From: a virus
Lineage: Duplodnaviria; Caudoviricetes
Strand: one strand, 5' to 3'
IMG/VR virus record: IMGVR_UViG_3300010413_000033
Coordinates: 1 to 58,951 of that record
Length of the DNA stretch: 58,951 nucleotides
A program made the position numbers and the translations under genes. The notes under the pieces are model-generated. The model saw only the letters and a list, made by a program, of their open reading frames with translations, ran no database searches and was not told the DNA's origin. Within the stretch, counting starts at the first letter, position 1. Every line of letters starts with the position of its first letter. Shown here piece by piece: positions 1 to 9,800 of this stretch.

Positions 1-956
1 TGACTGAACCACTACGTAGTTCCGATGACATCGATGGAACATGCTTTGAAGTGCCATGCTTTCTGGTAGGCGCTACGGCACAGGATGACAGTGGGGAGTT
101 TCTACCTCCTTTGGCCCCAGGTTTCCGTCGTGTCGTAGCGCCTCAATTTTTCTACAAGGTTCTAGGCGAATATCCAAGCCAGGATATAAACGTATTGATA
201 AGTGAAGACTGGATAAACGCAGCGCGTAGTAGATGGGACATGCTGTCAGCGCAGAACGGATTCAACGTCCCTCCAGAAGGAATCAGGCCACTACTAGGAA
301 TGGACGTAGCAGATGATGGAGGTGACTACAATACAGTAGTGATGCGCTACGGCGGCTACGTACAGGTGCCGTTGAAATGGCGCGGCCTTGACATAGAGCT
401 TTCAGCGATAAAGGCGGCACAGATAGTGGCACAGTGCGACGGCTTAGTCCTCAACGTGGAATCAGACGGCTTAGGCGCAAGCGTAGCTCCTACGGCTTCA
501 AGGCAGTGGTACTGGAAATGTAGTGACTGTGGAAAGACTTTCATAGAGCACGAAACAGAGGTATGTAGTGAGTGTGTAGAAGAAGGAAAACAGGGGAAAT
601 CGCTGCAAAGAAAACATGTGAATGCGAAAAAGATCAGGGTAGGCTCAAAGCCCGATTCAAAGAAAGTGATAGTGGACAACGACAGCGGAATAGAGAAGGC
701 TGAATTCGGAACACTACGCGACCTCCTCTGGTGGTCACTACGTGAATGGCTCAGGACCGATTTCTCATCCGCACTCCCTCCAAGCGAATCACTACTAGAC
801 GATCTCAGAGTCATGACATTCGAAGTCATCCAGGGCAAATTGAAAGTCCTCTCAAAGGACTGGGTGAAAAAAGAGCTGGGAAGATCGACAGACGAAGCAG
901 ACGCACTACTACAAACCTTCTACAGGATATCGGCCCCAAGAGTGAGACTGATATGA
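1..956 (+). CDS. terL: Terminase large subunit, C-terminal RNase H-like nuclease domain (5'-truncated)
   Basis: Frame is open from the window start (TEPLRSSDDIDGTCFEV...). Motifs YKVLGEYP, LLGMDVADDGGD, NVESDGLGASV and KKELGRSTDEADALLQTF are typical of TerL nuclease domains. Lies upstream of the portal. Confidence 0.9.
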   Translation, partial: TEPLRSSDDIDGTCFEVPCFLVGATAQDDSGEFLPPLAPGFRRVVAPQFFYKVLGEYPSQDINVLISEDWINAARSRWDMLSAQNGFNVPPEGIRPLLGMDVADDGGDYNTVVMRYGGYVQVPLKWRGLDIELSAIKAAQIVAQCDGLVLNVESDGLGASVAPTASRQWYWKCSDCGKTFIEHETEVCSECVEEGKQGKSLQRKHVNAKKIRVGSKPDSKKVIVDNDSGIEKAEFGTLRDLLWWSLREWLRTDFSSALPPSESLLDDLRVMTFEVIQGKLKVLSKDWVKKELGRSTDEADALLQTFYRISAPRVRLI

Positions 957-1153
957 CATTCACTACTACTACTACCAGCAACAACTTAACTACACAGGCA
1001 GGATGCTTCAAATGCGGCTACCTCATTTGCAGATGCGGAGAGAAGATGCTCTGTCATGGATGCAATCACTACAAAGAGATAGCAGTCACTACACTTGATG
1101 GAAGGTTCTGCCATGAATGCAGCACTATATTCAAGGACAGGATAGAAACATAA
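953..1153 (+). CDS. Small Cys-rich (Zn-finger-like) hypothetical protein
   Basis: ATG at 953 overlaps the terL stop (ATGA). Contains CxxC, CxC, CxxC and CxxC motifs. Confidence 0.5.
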   Translation: MTFTTTTTSNNLTTQAGCFKCGYLICRCGEKMLCHGCNHYKEIAVTTLDGRFCHECSTIFKDRIET

Positions 1154-1178
1154 ATCACTACACAAGGAGGAAATAGTA

Positions 1179-1418
1179 GTGAGAGTGGAGATCAGGTGCA
1201 AATGCGGCGGAAGCATAGTAGTGGAAGGTGATTCCACAAGCGATGATTCCACAACCGTCATGAAGGAAAGCATGGAGAGATGGGCAAAGCTGCACAAGGC
1301 ATGTACTACTATGAACAGTAGTAGTAATAATAGTAGTAGTGAAGATGAAACACAGCAGCATAAAGGGAAGCCTCACTTCAGAGACCCATACGGTGATGGA
1401 TACATTCCCTACACGTAA
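1179..1418 (+). CDS. Small hypothetical protein
   Basis: AAGGAGG Shine-Dalgarno before the GTG start. CxCGG motif; poly-Ser tract encoded by (AGT)n. Confidence 0.5.
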   Translation: MRVEIRCKCGGSIVVEGDSTSDDSTTVMKESMERWAKLHKACTTMNSSSNNSSSEDETQQHKGKPHFRDPYGDGYIPYT

Positions 1419-1482
1419 GCCACTACGTAGTAGTAGTAGTAGTAGCAGTAATAATAGTAGTAGTGACAGTGAGGAGACAGCG

Positions 1483-1644
1483 GTGAGGAATCCTGAATGC
1501 AAGTGTAATTGCCATGACCCGTATTTCCTGGAAGCAACGGAGACGGAGGAACATGAGGACTGTGGGGAATGCAGGGAAGTGGTCAGGGATGAAAGAGGCT
1601 GGTTTGCAGAATCGGAAGCATGGCTGGACGGTTTTCTGTGGTGA
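1483..1644 (+). CDS. Small Cys-rich hypothetical protein
   Basis: GAGGAG before GTG at 1483. CxCxCH...CxxC motif. Confidence 0.35.
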   Translation: MRNPECKCNCHDPYFLEATETEEHEDCGECREVVRDERGWFAESEAWLDGFLW

Positions 1645-1672
1645 TGTTGCAGAGCGGAAGTCAAAGGAAGGA

Positions 1673-2640
1673 TGAGGTACTACATAGTATGGTAGAGAGA
1701 ATGCGTTTAATGCATTCAAATAGAGGCAGTGGTGAGAAGGGGTGAGGTACTACATAGCCTAATGAAAGAAATGCGTTTAAAAGCTTTCAGTGGAGCAAAA
1801 CGTCTGAGAGGGGGGTGAGGTAGCGGTGAATGGTGTGAATAACAGCAATACAGTGCGATACAGCGAGAAGGGGGGTGCCGCGCACCTCTCGCCCCAGGCC
1901 CTCCAGATCCAGAACAACTACGTAGTGATTCCATTCACTACACTATGTAGTGCCTTTTTCACTACACTACACATAGTAGTGACTACGGATTAGTAGTGAT
2001 ATGGATGCCGAGCACAGGAAAAGGATTCGCTTTGTGTGGTCATGTAGTGATTATTCCCATCACAGCCACAGGTACAAATTCAATGCATGGCTGTGTGGGA
2101 GGATACAGTATGCGATAGTAGTGATTAGGAACTGGCTATGCTCTGTCAAGTCGATAGTGTAGTGATTCATTCCATAAGTGGAGGTGGATTGAAAAAGAAC
2201 GGCACAGATTCCTCCAGAGAGACCTTCCCAGGATTCCTGAGACGGTCCAGGCTGCATTTTCTCTCTGAAAAGGTACAAACGTACTGGAATGGGTTAATCA
2301 CTACGAATAGTAGTGACTACGGATTAGTAGTGATTCATTCATCCAGAGGCCCTGGAGAGGAGAGGGGAACTAATCACTATGTAAATGCATTCACTACTAT
2401 TAGTAGTCGATTGAAATTAGTAGTCGATGCATGGAGAGAATCTGAGGAGGCAGTGAAAAAGAAACCACTACTAAGTGTAGTCACTACTATTCGTAGTGAT
2501 TTATTTTTCCGCCCCATTTTCAATCGACTACTAAGTGTAGTCACTACTAATTCGTAGTAGTAGTGAAGTGCGTAGTGAAAACTTTTTTGAAAAATTTTGT
2601 GCGTAGTGGTACGGGGGGATCGATTTTTTCACTACGTTGG
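1673..2640. repeat. Repeat-rich non-coding control region
   Basis: ~70-bp spaced repeats (TGAGGTACTACATAG at 1673 and 1743; AATGCGTTTAA at 1700 and 1770). Exact 28-bp repeat at 1973 and 2307. Exact 23-bp repeat at 2467 and 2527. A/T tracts near 2577-2600. Confidence 0.75.
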
Positions 2641-2895
2641 GGGGTGGGGGGCTGGGGAACACCCCCTCTCACAAAAGTATGAAAAACAGTTCAGAACAAC
2701 TTAGTAGTGACAAAAGCATGAAAGGCAGTTCCGCATCACTGTGTAGTGAAATCCCCCCAGCCGCATTGCTGTGGGAGGGAGGCTTGAGGGAAGAAATTTT
2801 TTATATGCACAGCAACGGGCCTGTAGGACTTAGTAGTGAAAGAAAGTAAACCGATAACTGAAAACACAAAAGAAACTACTACCTAAAGGAGGTTA

Positions 2896-3240
2896 GTGGC
2901 GATGGCTGAGGTCAGGGTTCCAAGCGAGTACATGGACAACTTTTATTATTCCACTACTACCAACTCTTCAGCTTCAACCCTTTCGTGGGAAGGGACAGCC
3001 AGCATGACATGGGACTCAACCAGTGGCTTCACGCCTTGGCTGGATGAGAACAAAACCGGATGGACTACTACTATCTACACCTCAAATCCCGAACAGGTTC
3101 TGGAAAGGCTGGAAAAGCTGAAAGGCATCTACAACGGAGTAGTAGCGGCTAAGAAGCCTGTGTTCGAAAAGCCCAAAATGGCTGAGACGCGCAGGAAGCA
3201 GCTGAAAGAGGTTTTGAACGACAGGGAGATCGACTTTTGA
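2896..3240 (+). CDS. Hypothetical protein
   Basis: Strong AAGGAGG SD; first gene upstream of the portal. Confidence 0.55.
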   Translation: MAMAEVRVPSEYMDNFYYSTTTNSSASTLSWEGTASMTWDSTSGFTPWLDENKTGWTTTIYTSNPEQVLERLEKLKGIYNGVVAAKKPVFEKPKMAETRRKQLKEVLNDREIDF

Positions 3241-3301
3241 GAACTGGCATGAATCGTGCAAGGCAGGATTGCAGGAAAGACTATCCTCTGAGGTGTGGCC
3301 T

Positions 3302-4765
3302 ATGAAGATATTTGGGTACGAGCTGACCATAAGGAAAGAGAAAGACGACTACGCCAAGGCGCGTAGCCGCTACACTTCAAAGATCCTGTCCGACTTTGAC
3401 TACGATAGGCCGTTGTGGACGGAAGGGAACTACTACTCGCTGCTGCAAGCCTACAGGAGCTGGGTGTTTGTGTGCGCGAACAAAAACGCTACGTCGTTTG
3501 CCTCTGTCCCTCTCAGGCTGTACAGCGGCAAGGAAGTAGTGGGGGATGACGGTAGGCCGAAACCTGTCAAGATAAAATGGCCTACGAGACCTGTGAGCGA
3601 CAGGCAGCGGCTGAACCTGATGGAGAATAGTAGTCTGATGCAGCACAGGATGTTCAGGAAATCCGTGGACGTAGTGGAGATAACAGACCATCCGTTTCTG
3701 GAGATGATGAACAACGTCAATGGGTTCATGAACAGTTTTTCGTTGTGGGAGCTGACAGAGCTGTTTCAGGAGTTATGTGGGAATGCCTACTGGTATGTAG
3801 TGAGGGATGGAGTAGGGACTCCGGTGGAGCTTTGGCCTATCATGCCGCACATGATAAAGGTCATCCCTGACAGGGAGAAATTCATAAAGGGATATCTCTA
3901 CGAGAGCAATATGAACAGGGTGAACATGGAGGAGAAGGAAGTAGTGCACTTCAAGTTCCCTTCACCTACGTCGTTGTACTACGGGAGGGGGCCTTTGGCC
4001 GCGATTACCGATATCTACGCCATAGAGCAGAACATGAACAGGTTTGAGAATGCCATGTTTGCGAACATGGGGAGGCTGGATGGCGCTTTTGAAACGGCGG
4101 AGGAATTGAACGACGTTGAATTCGAACGGCTTAAAAAGGAGATACGCGAGAGCTTCTACGGAGTGCACAACGTTGGGAAATCCCCGTTGTTGGAGAAAGG
4201 GGTTAGCTACAAGAACTACGGTTTTGCGCCTAAAGAGCTGAACCATATACAGGGAAGGGCGAAGATAAAAGAGGCCATAGTGAATGCCTTTGGGCAGTCG
4301 ATGGGGATGTACGACAAGGACGCTACACGCGCAAACGCTGAAGTCGCTACGTTCATGTTCATGCGCGACACTATTAAGCCGAGATGCCTACGCGCCGAGC
4401 AGAAGCTGAATGAGAAATTAATACCGCAGTTCGATCCTGGCCTTTGGGTGGCATTCGATGATTGTGTGCCTGAAAACAGGGAGGTGAGGCTGAAGGAAAT
4501 TGAGGCTCACTTGAAATCTGGATATTCGACTCCTAACGAAGAGAGGCGCAAGGACAACATAGAGGATGCGGAATGGGGCGATAAGCCTATCCTTCCAGGC
4601 GGCTACGCTCCTCTTGGAAGCATTCCTCCGAACCAGACAGGGCAGGGAGCTGGGCAACAGGGCGACGCTACGGAGGAGGAGCTTGCGAAGTTTGTCGATG
4701 AGGTAGTAGGGACTATCTTGGAGAAGCTGGGCAGCCAGGATGTAGTGAAGAGGCTTGCGGCATGA
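3302..4765 (+). CDS. Phage portal protein (HK97 family)
   Basis: Motifs ELCGNAYWYV, PVELWPI, VVHFKFPSP..YYGRGPL, LEKGVSYK and YSTPNEERR. Start placed at ATG 3302 after GAGG. Confidence 0.95.
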   Translation: MKIFGYELTIRKEKDDYAKARSRYTSKILSDFDYDRPLWTEGNYYSLLQAYRSWVFVCANKNATSFASVPLRLYSGKEVVGDDGRPKPVKIKWPTRPVSDRQRLNLMENSSLMQHRMFRKSVDVVEITDHPFLEMMNNVNGFMNSFSLWELTELFQELCGNAYWYVVRDGVGTPVELWPIMPHMIKVIPDREKFIKGYLYESNMNRVNMEEKEVVHFKFPSPTSLYYGRGPLAAITDIYAIEQNMNRFENAMFANMGRLDGAFETAEELNDVEFERLKKEIRESFYGVHNVGKSPLLEKGVSYKNYGFAPKELNHIQGRAKIKEAIVNAFGQSMGMYDKDATRANAEVATFMFMRDTIKPRCLRAEQKLNEKLIPQFDPGLWVAFDDCVPENREVRLKEIEAHLKSGYSTPNEERRKDNIEDAEWGDKPILPGGYAPLGSIPPNQTGQGAGQQGDATEEELAKFVDEVVGTILEKLGSQDVVKRLAA

Positions 4766-4766
4766 G

Positions 4767-6293
4767 ATGGAGCAGCATAGTCACTACATAGAAGACAGCC
4801 AGCTGAAAGGGCTGATAACGAAGGCACTACTGAGAAGCCCTGACTTCAAGGAAGCTTGCGCTAATATAGTAGTAGAGAATATAAGGAAAGGGCTGAACGA
4901 CAGGCGGCTACTCTACGAGATAGAGCTTTGGACGAAGTTCGTGGAGCGTAGCACTACGTGGGAGAGGAAATACAGGGACAGGATGATAGAGGTGCTGGGG
5001 CAGCTGGGCAGTGAAGTCTATGCCAACATGAAACGCTACGGGAAATTCCATGTGGCTAAGAAAGAGGACTTGTCCGACTGGATACCTCTTAAAGGGAGGT
5101 GGGAATCAGTACTACACAGGGAGAGCATGATCCTGAATCAGGCCATAGTTGAGGACTACGGCAAACAGGCTATGGCTGAGCTTAACGACTACTACGAAGT
5201 GAGCAAGGAGAAGAGAGTAAAGACCGCGATGGCGGAGCTTCCATTTTACAATCCGGTCACTGGGGAGGAGAGATGGTTCGATGCCAACAATCCGAACGTA
5301 GTGGCAAGGCTTCAACAACGCAGCATCAAATTCGCCAAAGAGGTAGTAGGCACTACGGAGCAGCAGATAAGGGGGATCCTCGCGGAAGGGATAGGACAGG
5401 GCGAAGGGATGCGAGAACTACGCAACAGGATTCGCAGCTACTTTGAAGGAGATTCGATAAGGAACAGGGCGGAGATGATAGCGCGTAGTGAGACGATATG
5501 GGCCTCCAATGCAGGGGCTGTATCCGCCTACAAGCAGAGTGGCGTAGTGGAAGGAAAAGAATGGATAGTGGCGGATGACGAGCGCACTTGCGACTACTGC
5601 CGTAGTATGGGAGTTCAATATGGGAAGGGCAGAGCCGTAGCGTTGGACAGGCCATTCTTGAACAAGGGAGACTACGTATTCGCTGGAGCCAGAGCGCCGC
5701 AAAGCATTCCTGGGGTGGCAGGGTTCCTGCCAAACTGCAAGGGCTACGGAGATGGAATCACAAAGGGAACACGTAGTTGCCTCACTCCGTTTGATGTGGC
5801 AAGGTCTAAAAGGGCTAAAGAAGCTTATACCGCTTGCACAAAAGAAATGACAGATAAAGGTGTCCAGTTTGAGAGGAAACTTGCAAAGAAGCTGGGCCTT
5901 ACATGGTTGAAGAACAACGAACATTGGGACTGCCTGAAAGGTGGGACGATAGCAGACTACTACGCAAGAAGTAAGAAAGTGACAGACGTAGTGGAATGTA
6001 AAAGGCTGATGGTCAGACAGGCAGATCGTATCACTTGCAAGAACATACCTAAGAGAAATGCAGAGGCGGCGGAGTTTGGGAAGCACATAAAAAAGCACTA
6101 CGTTATTTTCGATGACCGCCCTGGCATGGGTGGACAGTTGTACTACGCGGATAAATTGGGCGACTTTCGTTTTGGTACAAAGGGCAAACCTCCAAGGAAT
6201 TTAAAGAAAGTCACAATGGAAGACATAGATGGGTTTATCAATCCTGAGAAGAAACGACGACGGAGGTATTTTCATCTGGAGGTAGTGAAGTGA
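4767..6293 (+). CDS. MuF/gpF (SPP1 gp7-like) minor head protein, N-terminal half, fused to a PD-(D/E)xK-like nuclease domain
   Basis: RAEMIARSET and KEWIVADDERTCDYC are MuF motifs, but the PPxHPxCRC end is missing. The C-terminal domain has G.QFE.KLAKKLG...WD...VVECKR, a restriction-endonuclease-fold pattern. Confidence 0.8.
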   Translation: MEQHSHYIEDSQLKGLITKALLRSPDFKEACANIVVENIRKGLNDRRLLYEIELWTKFVERSTTWERKYRDRMIEVLGQLGSEVYANMKRYGKFHVAKKEDLSDWIPLKGRWESVLHRESMILNQAIVEDYGKQAMAELNDYYEVSKEKRVKTAMAELPFYNPVTGEERWFDANNPNVVARLQQRSIKFAKEVVGTTEQQIRGILAEGIGQGEGMRELRNRIRSYFEGDSIRNRAEMIARSETIWASNAGAVSAYKQSGVVEGKEWIVADDERTCDYCRSMGVQYGKGRAVALDRPFLNKGDYVFAGARAPQSIPGVAGFLPNCKGYGDGITKGTRSCLTPFDVARSKRAKEAYTACTKEMTDKGVQFERKLAKKLGLTWLKNNEHWDCLKGGTIADYYARSKKVTDVVECKRLMVRQADRITCKNIPKRNAEAAEFGKHIKKHYVIFDDRPGMGGQLYYADKLGDFRFGTKGKPPRNLKKVTMEDIDGFINPEKKRRRRYFHLEVVK

Positions 6294-6864
6294 GTAGTGT
6301 CGTTTTCAAGTTGTCTCCTGCCATAGGCAGTGAGAAATGTGCTGGATGTGGGAAGCAGTCTGATAATGGCAGCTTTCCTCTGCGTTTCAACGGAAAGCCT
6401 ATTTGTTTAGAGTGCATTGAAAAGCGATTCAGCGACAACATCACGGTAGCTACTACTGAACAAGTGATAGTGATGGAGTAGTGTAGTGAGTTATCATCTC
6501 TGCGATGCAAACGGTTTTCTTGATTTAGCTTGCACTACGGAAGGGTTGGGGCAGCTACATGAAGAAGTATTTGCATCAGAGGGATTTCCACTACTGAAAG
6601 ACTTTCTGGAAATGGGCGCTTGTCTAATTACAGATCAGCTATTGGAAGAAATAGACTCTTTTAAGGCACAGGACAAGTATGTCCAGAATACAGTGAAGGG
6701 ACTACGTAGGAATATTAGAAAGGCGGATCTCATAATCATTATCACAAATGGGGAAGAGACAAAGCCGAAACCACTGGTTGAATATTTGAAGGAAATAGAC
6801 TTCTCGAAGTTTGAGGAAGAGGAGCACAGTAGTTACTATGATAGTGTAGTGGAAAAGGCTGGAG
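5682..6864 (+). mobile_element. Putative 1176-bp inserted cassette (nuclease domain, Zn-finger gene, immunity-like domain) bounded by GCTGGAG direct repeats
   Basis: GCTGGAG at 5682-5688 and 6858-6864, both encoding Ala-Gly in the same frame. Removing the insert restores NKGDYVFAGGALEITYEKIDWPPLHPK. Confidence 0.55.
6290..6481 (+). CDS. Small Zn-finger protein
   Basis: GGAGG SD; GTGA overlap with the upstream stop; CAGC...CLEC. Confidence 0.6.
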   Translation: MSSVVFKLSPAIGSEKCAGCGKQSDNGSFPLRFNGKPICLECIEKRFSDNITVATTEQVIVME

Positions 6865-9800
6865 GTGCACTGGAGATCACTTATGAAAAAATAGACTGGC
6901 CTCCATTGCATCCGAAATGCTTCCTTGATGGGCAAGTGCCTGTCTATACCAGCAAAGGATGGAAAGCCATAGGCACTATTGTTCCTGGCACTTTGGTTCT
7001 GACGCACGAAGGAAGATTCAGAAAAGTAAAGGAGTTGTTAGTGACTCCATTACAGACACCGGATGCTACTAAGCTATCACTACATGGCAGGAAAGACAAA
7101 ACGTTGTCCCTGACAGACGAGCATCCTGTCATGATCAATGGTAAGTGGAAAGAGATAAAGGATGTGCGTAGTGGTGACACGATCTCCTTCTTGGCTGGTA
7201 GTTGTGAAAGATGTGGAGCAGATATTCCCTACTTTAAAGACTACTGTAGTTTGTCTTGTCGTAGTAAGGACATAACAGATGGGCAATGGTCAAGACCAGA
7301 GCATAGAAAGAACATGTCTGAAAAGACTACACAGCAACTACATAGGGAGTACGCAAATGGGACGAGAGATCCTTATGTAATAACAAGGAAGGCAAATGCT
7401 AAAACAAGACTGCTAGTGAAGCAGGGACTACTGTCACTACAAAGGCCGGAAGTAATAGCTAAGATGATAGAGGCTACTAACACACCGGAACAGAGAAAAG
7501 CTAATAGTGATAGGATGAAAAGAAATAACCCTATGAAGGATAGGTCTACGGTTGAAAGGAGAACCAAGACCTATTTAAAGACACTACGTAGTAATCCAGA
7601 TATTCATCCAAATAGGATAATGGCTCAAAGGGGGTTTATGAGCAGCCTTGAAAAAAAAGTCAAGGATGTACTAGACACTATGGGCCTCAACTACGAATGC
7701 CAATATCCTATATCAAAATACTTTGTAGACTTTGCCTTGGTGAGTGACAAGATAGCGATAGAGGCGGATGGTGATTATTGGCACCAAGACAAAAAGAGAG
7801 ATAGAAAAAGACAGAAAGACATTGAGAAAAATGGTTGGGTAGTGATTCGATTTTCTGAGAGTGATATAAAGAAAGAAGCTATCCCTATGGGTATGATGTC
7901 AGAAATAAATAGAGTAGTGAACAACCATTCTGGCAACTACAAATTCATGGACGTAAAGGTCGATGTAGTTGAAAGGTGGAAAGTGAGAAAGGCTAGAACA
8001 CTATACAATCTAAATGTTGATGAGGATGAAAGCTACATAGCGGCTGGCTTTGTAGTGCATAATTGCCGTTGTACTGTTTCCCCTGTGCTCATACCGATGG
8101 AGAGATTGCTTGACACTATGCCTGTAGGTAGTATTCCACAGGTTGGGGATGTTCAAGCGCCGCCTACTCCTGCCCCTGTTCCATCACTACGCCCTGCTAC
8201 TCCAAGACCTGCTACGCCTACGCCTGTTCCTGCTACGCCTGTAGCTCCATCAGCATTAACAGAGTCAGAGATCCTAGAAGACCTTCTTGAAGGTTGGCAG
8301 AATGAGGTCAACATAGCGGCGCAGGCAGGGTTAGCAGATGTCCCTATTACTAAAATGTTTGCGGTTCAGCAATTTGAGAATGTAGTGAAGCAGGGACTAC
8401 GCAACGCTGGGATGGATGAATCATTGTATGCGGAAGTAATACGCGATCTGAAAGTAAAGTATCCGTATCTGGAATCAGCATTGGAGAATGCCCCTGATTT
8501 TCAAGGAGCATTAGGTGGAGATATGGCAGAAGCCATAGACACTACAAAAGCCTTTTTATATGGACAGAAGCTAGTAAATTCAACACGATTTTTGCCTAGT
8601 GAAATGCGTAACGTATTCAATTCAGCTGATATTGATTTAGAGCAAGGGATTATTTTATCCAAGGTGCCAGCTAGTGAAGGTGTTGCTTACAGAATCACTC
8701 ATCTTACAAGAGGGCTATCTCTTGTAGAGTATATTGATAGTGAAGAACTTGAGAGACTATGGCGTATATATGAAGATAGAGCTATGACATTTGCTACTGA
8801 AAGATATATGAATAGTGCTATTGACTACATGGGTTTGCCAGGGATGGTAATAGAAAAAGCAGCAGATGATTTATATGAATTGCTTTCAGAAGGATATAAA
8901 GACACATGGAAGGAGAGGTTCTACTACCAAAATGGGTTTTTATCTGATCCTGCTCGTTTGCATTCTGCTAGAAGGTATTTGACAGAAGAGATGGCTTCAG
9001 GGCCTAGATATGCCTTCAAAGAAATAGCTATTTTAAAGTCAGACCCCATAGGGTTAGGGTCTAGGATGATGTCGGATGTGGGAATGGTAGATCTGGTCAT
9101 TGACTTTGATGATCTGCTACGTTCGGCAAATAGTTCCATGAAAGACTACGTGGCTATAGCACTACAAAGATATCTTCCGGCAGCTGCGGTCGCTACCAGT
9201 ACGCAGGGAATGATAACATATGAGCTAACTGACTACGTAGATCAGTATGCTACTACTACGGACAATGTAAGGGCATGGAAAGCCAAAAGATCGGATCTTG
9301 ATCGCATAGTGAGCAATGGTGTTTTGGTAAATGAGGGACCGATAGGTGATCCTGGGATTAATGTCACTTTGAAATTGGATATGGATGTTGCTGGGGTAAA
9401 AGAAAGCTTAGTGTTTAAGCCTGTATCTGGAGAGACATATTTACATCATGGTGAAAAGGTTAGGAAGACGGTAGATGAGACAGTAGCTACACTAGCAAAG
9501 AGAGAAGCAATAAGTAGTGAGATAGGGAATATGATGGAGTTTGATCACATAGACGTAGTGACGGCTGCCTACGGAGTGAAACGTGGTGAGGCAGGAGTAT
9601 ATGTAAAGTTCATGAAAGGCTATGAGGAAGAAATAAAATATGTAGGGAGAAGACTGACAGATGAAGAAGTATTTGATATGAGCGTGTATGACTACTTGAT
9701 AGGAAATCTAGACAGGCATAAAAGAAATTGGATGCGTAGGCTTTCTGATGGACGACCACTGATGATAGATCATGGCTATGTGCTGCCGGACTACGGTCCA

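Noticed and set aside
1673-2560. CRISPR array
   Set aside because: The repeats occur only as pairs with irregular spacing; no run of identical repeats with unique spacers and no cas genes.
2138-2849. ORFs 2138-2557 and 2637-2849
   Set aside because: Non-ATG starts without a clear SD; the translations just mirror the ACTAC/GTAGT repeats.
6291-6485. Stop-codon readthrough joining the two MuF halves
   Set aside because: A further in-frame stop (TAG) follows the TGA, and a separate SD-led ORF occupies the gap.
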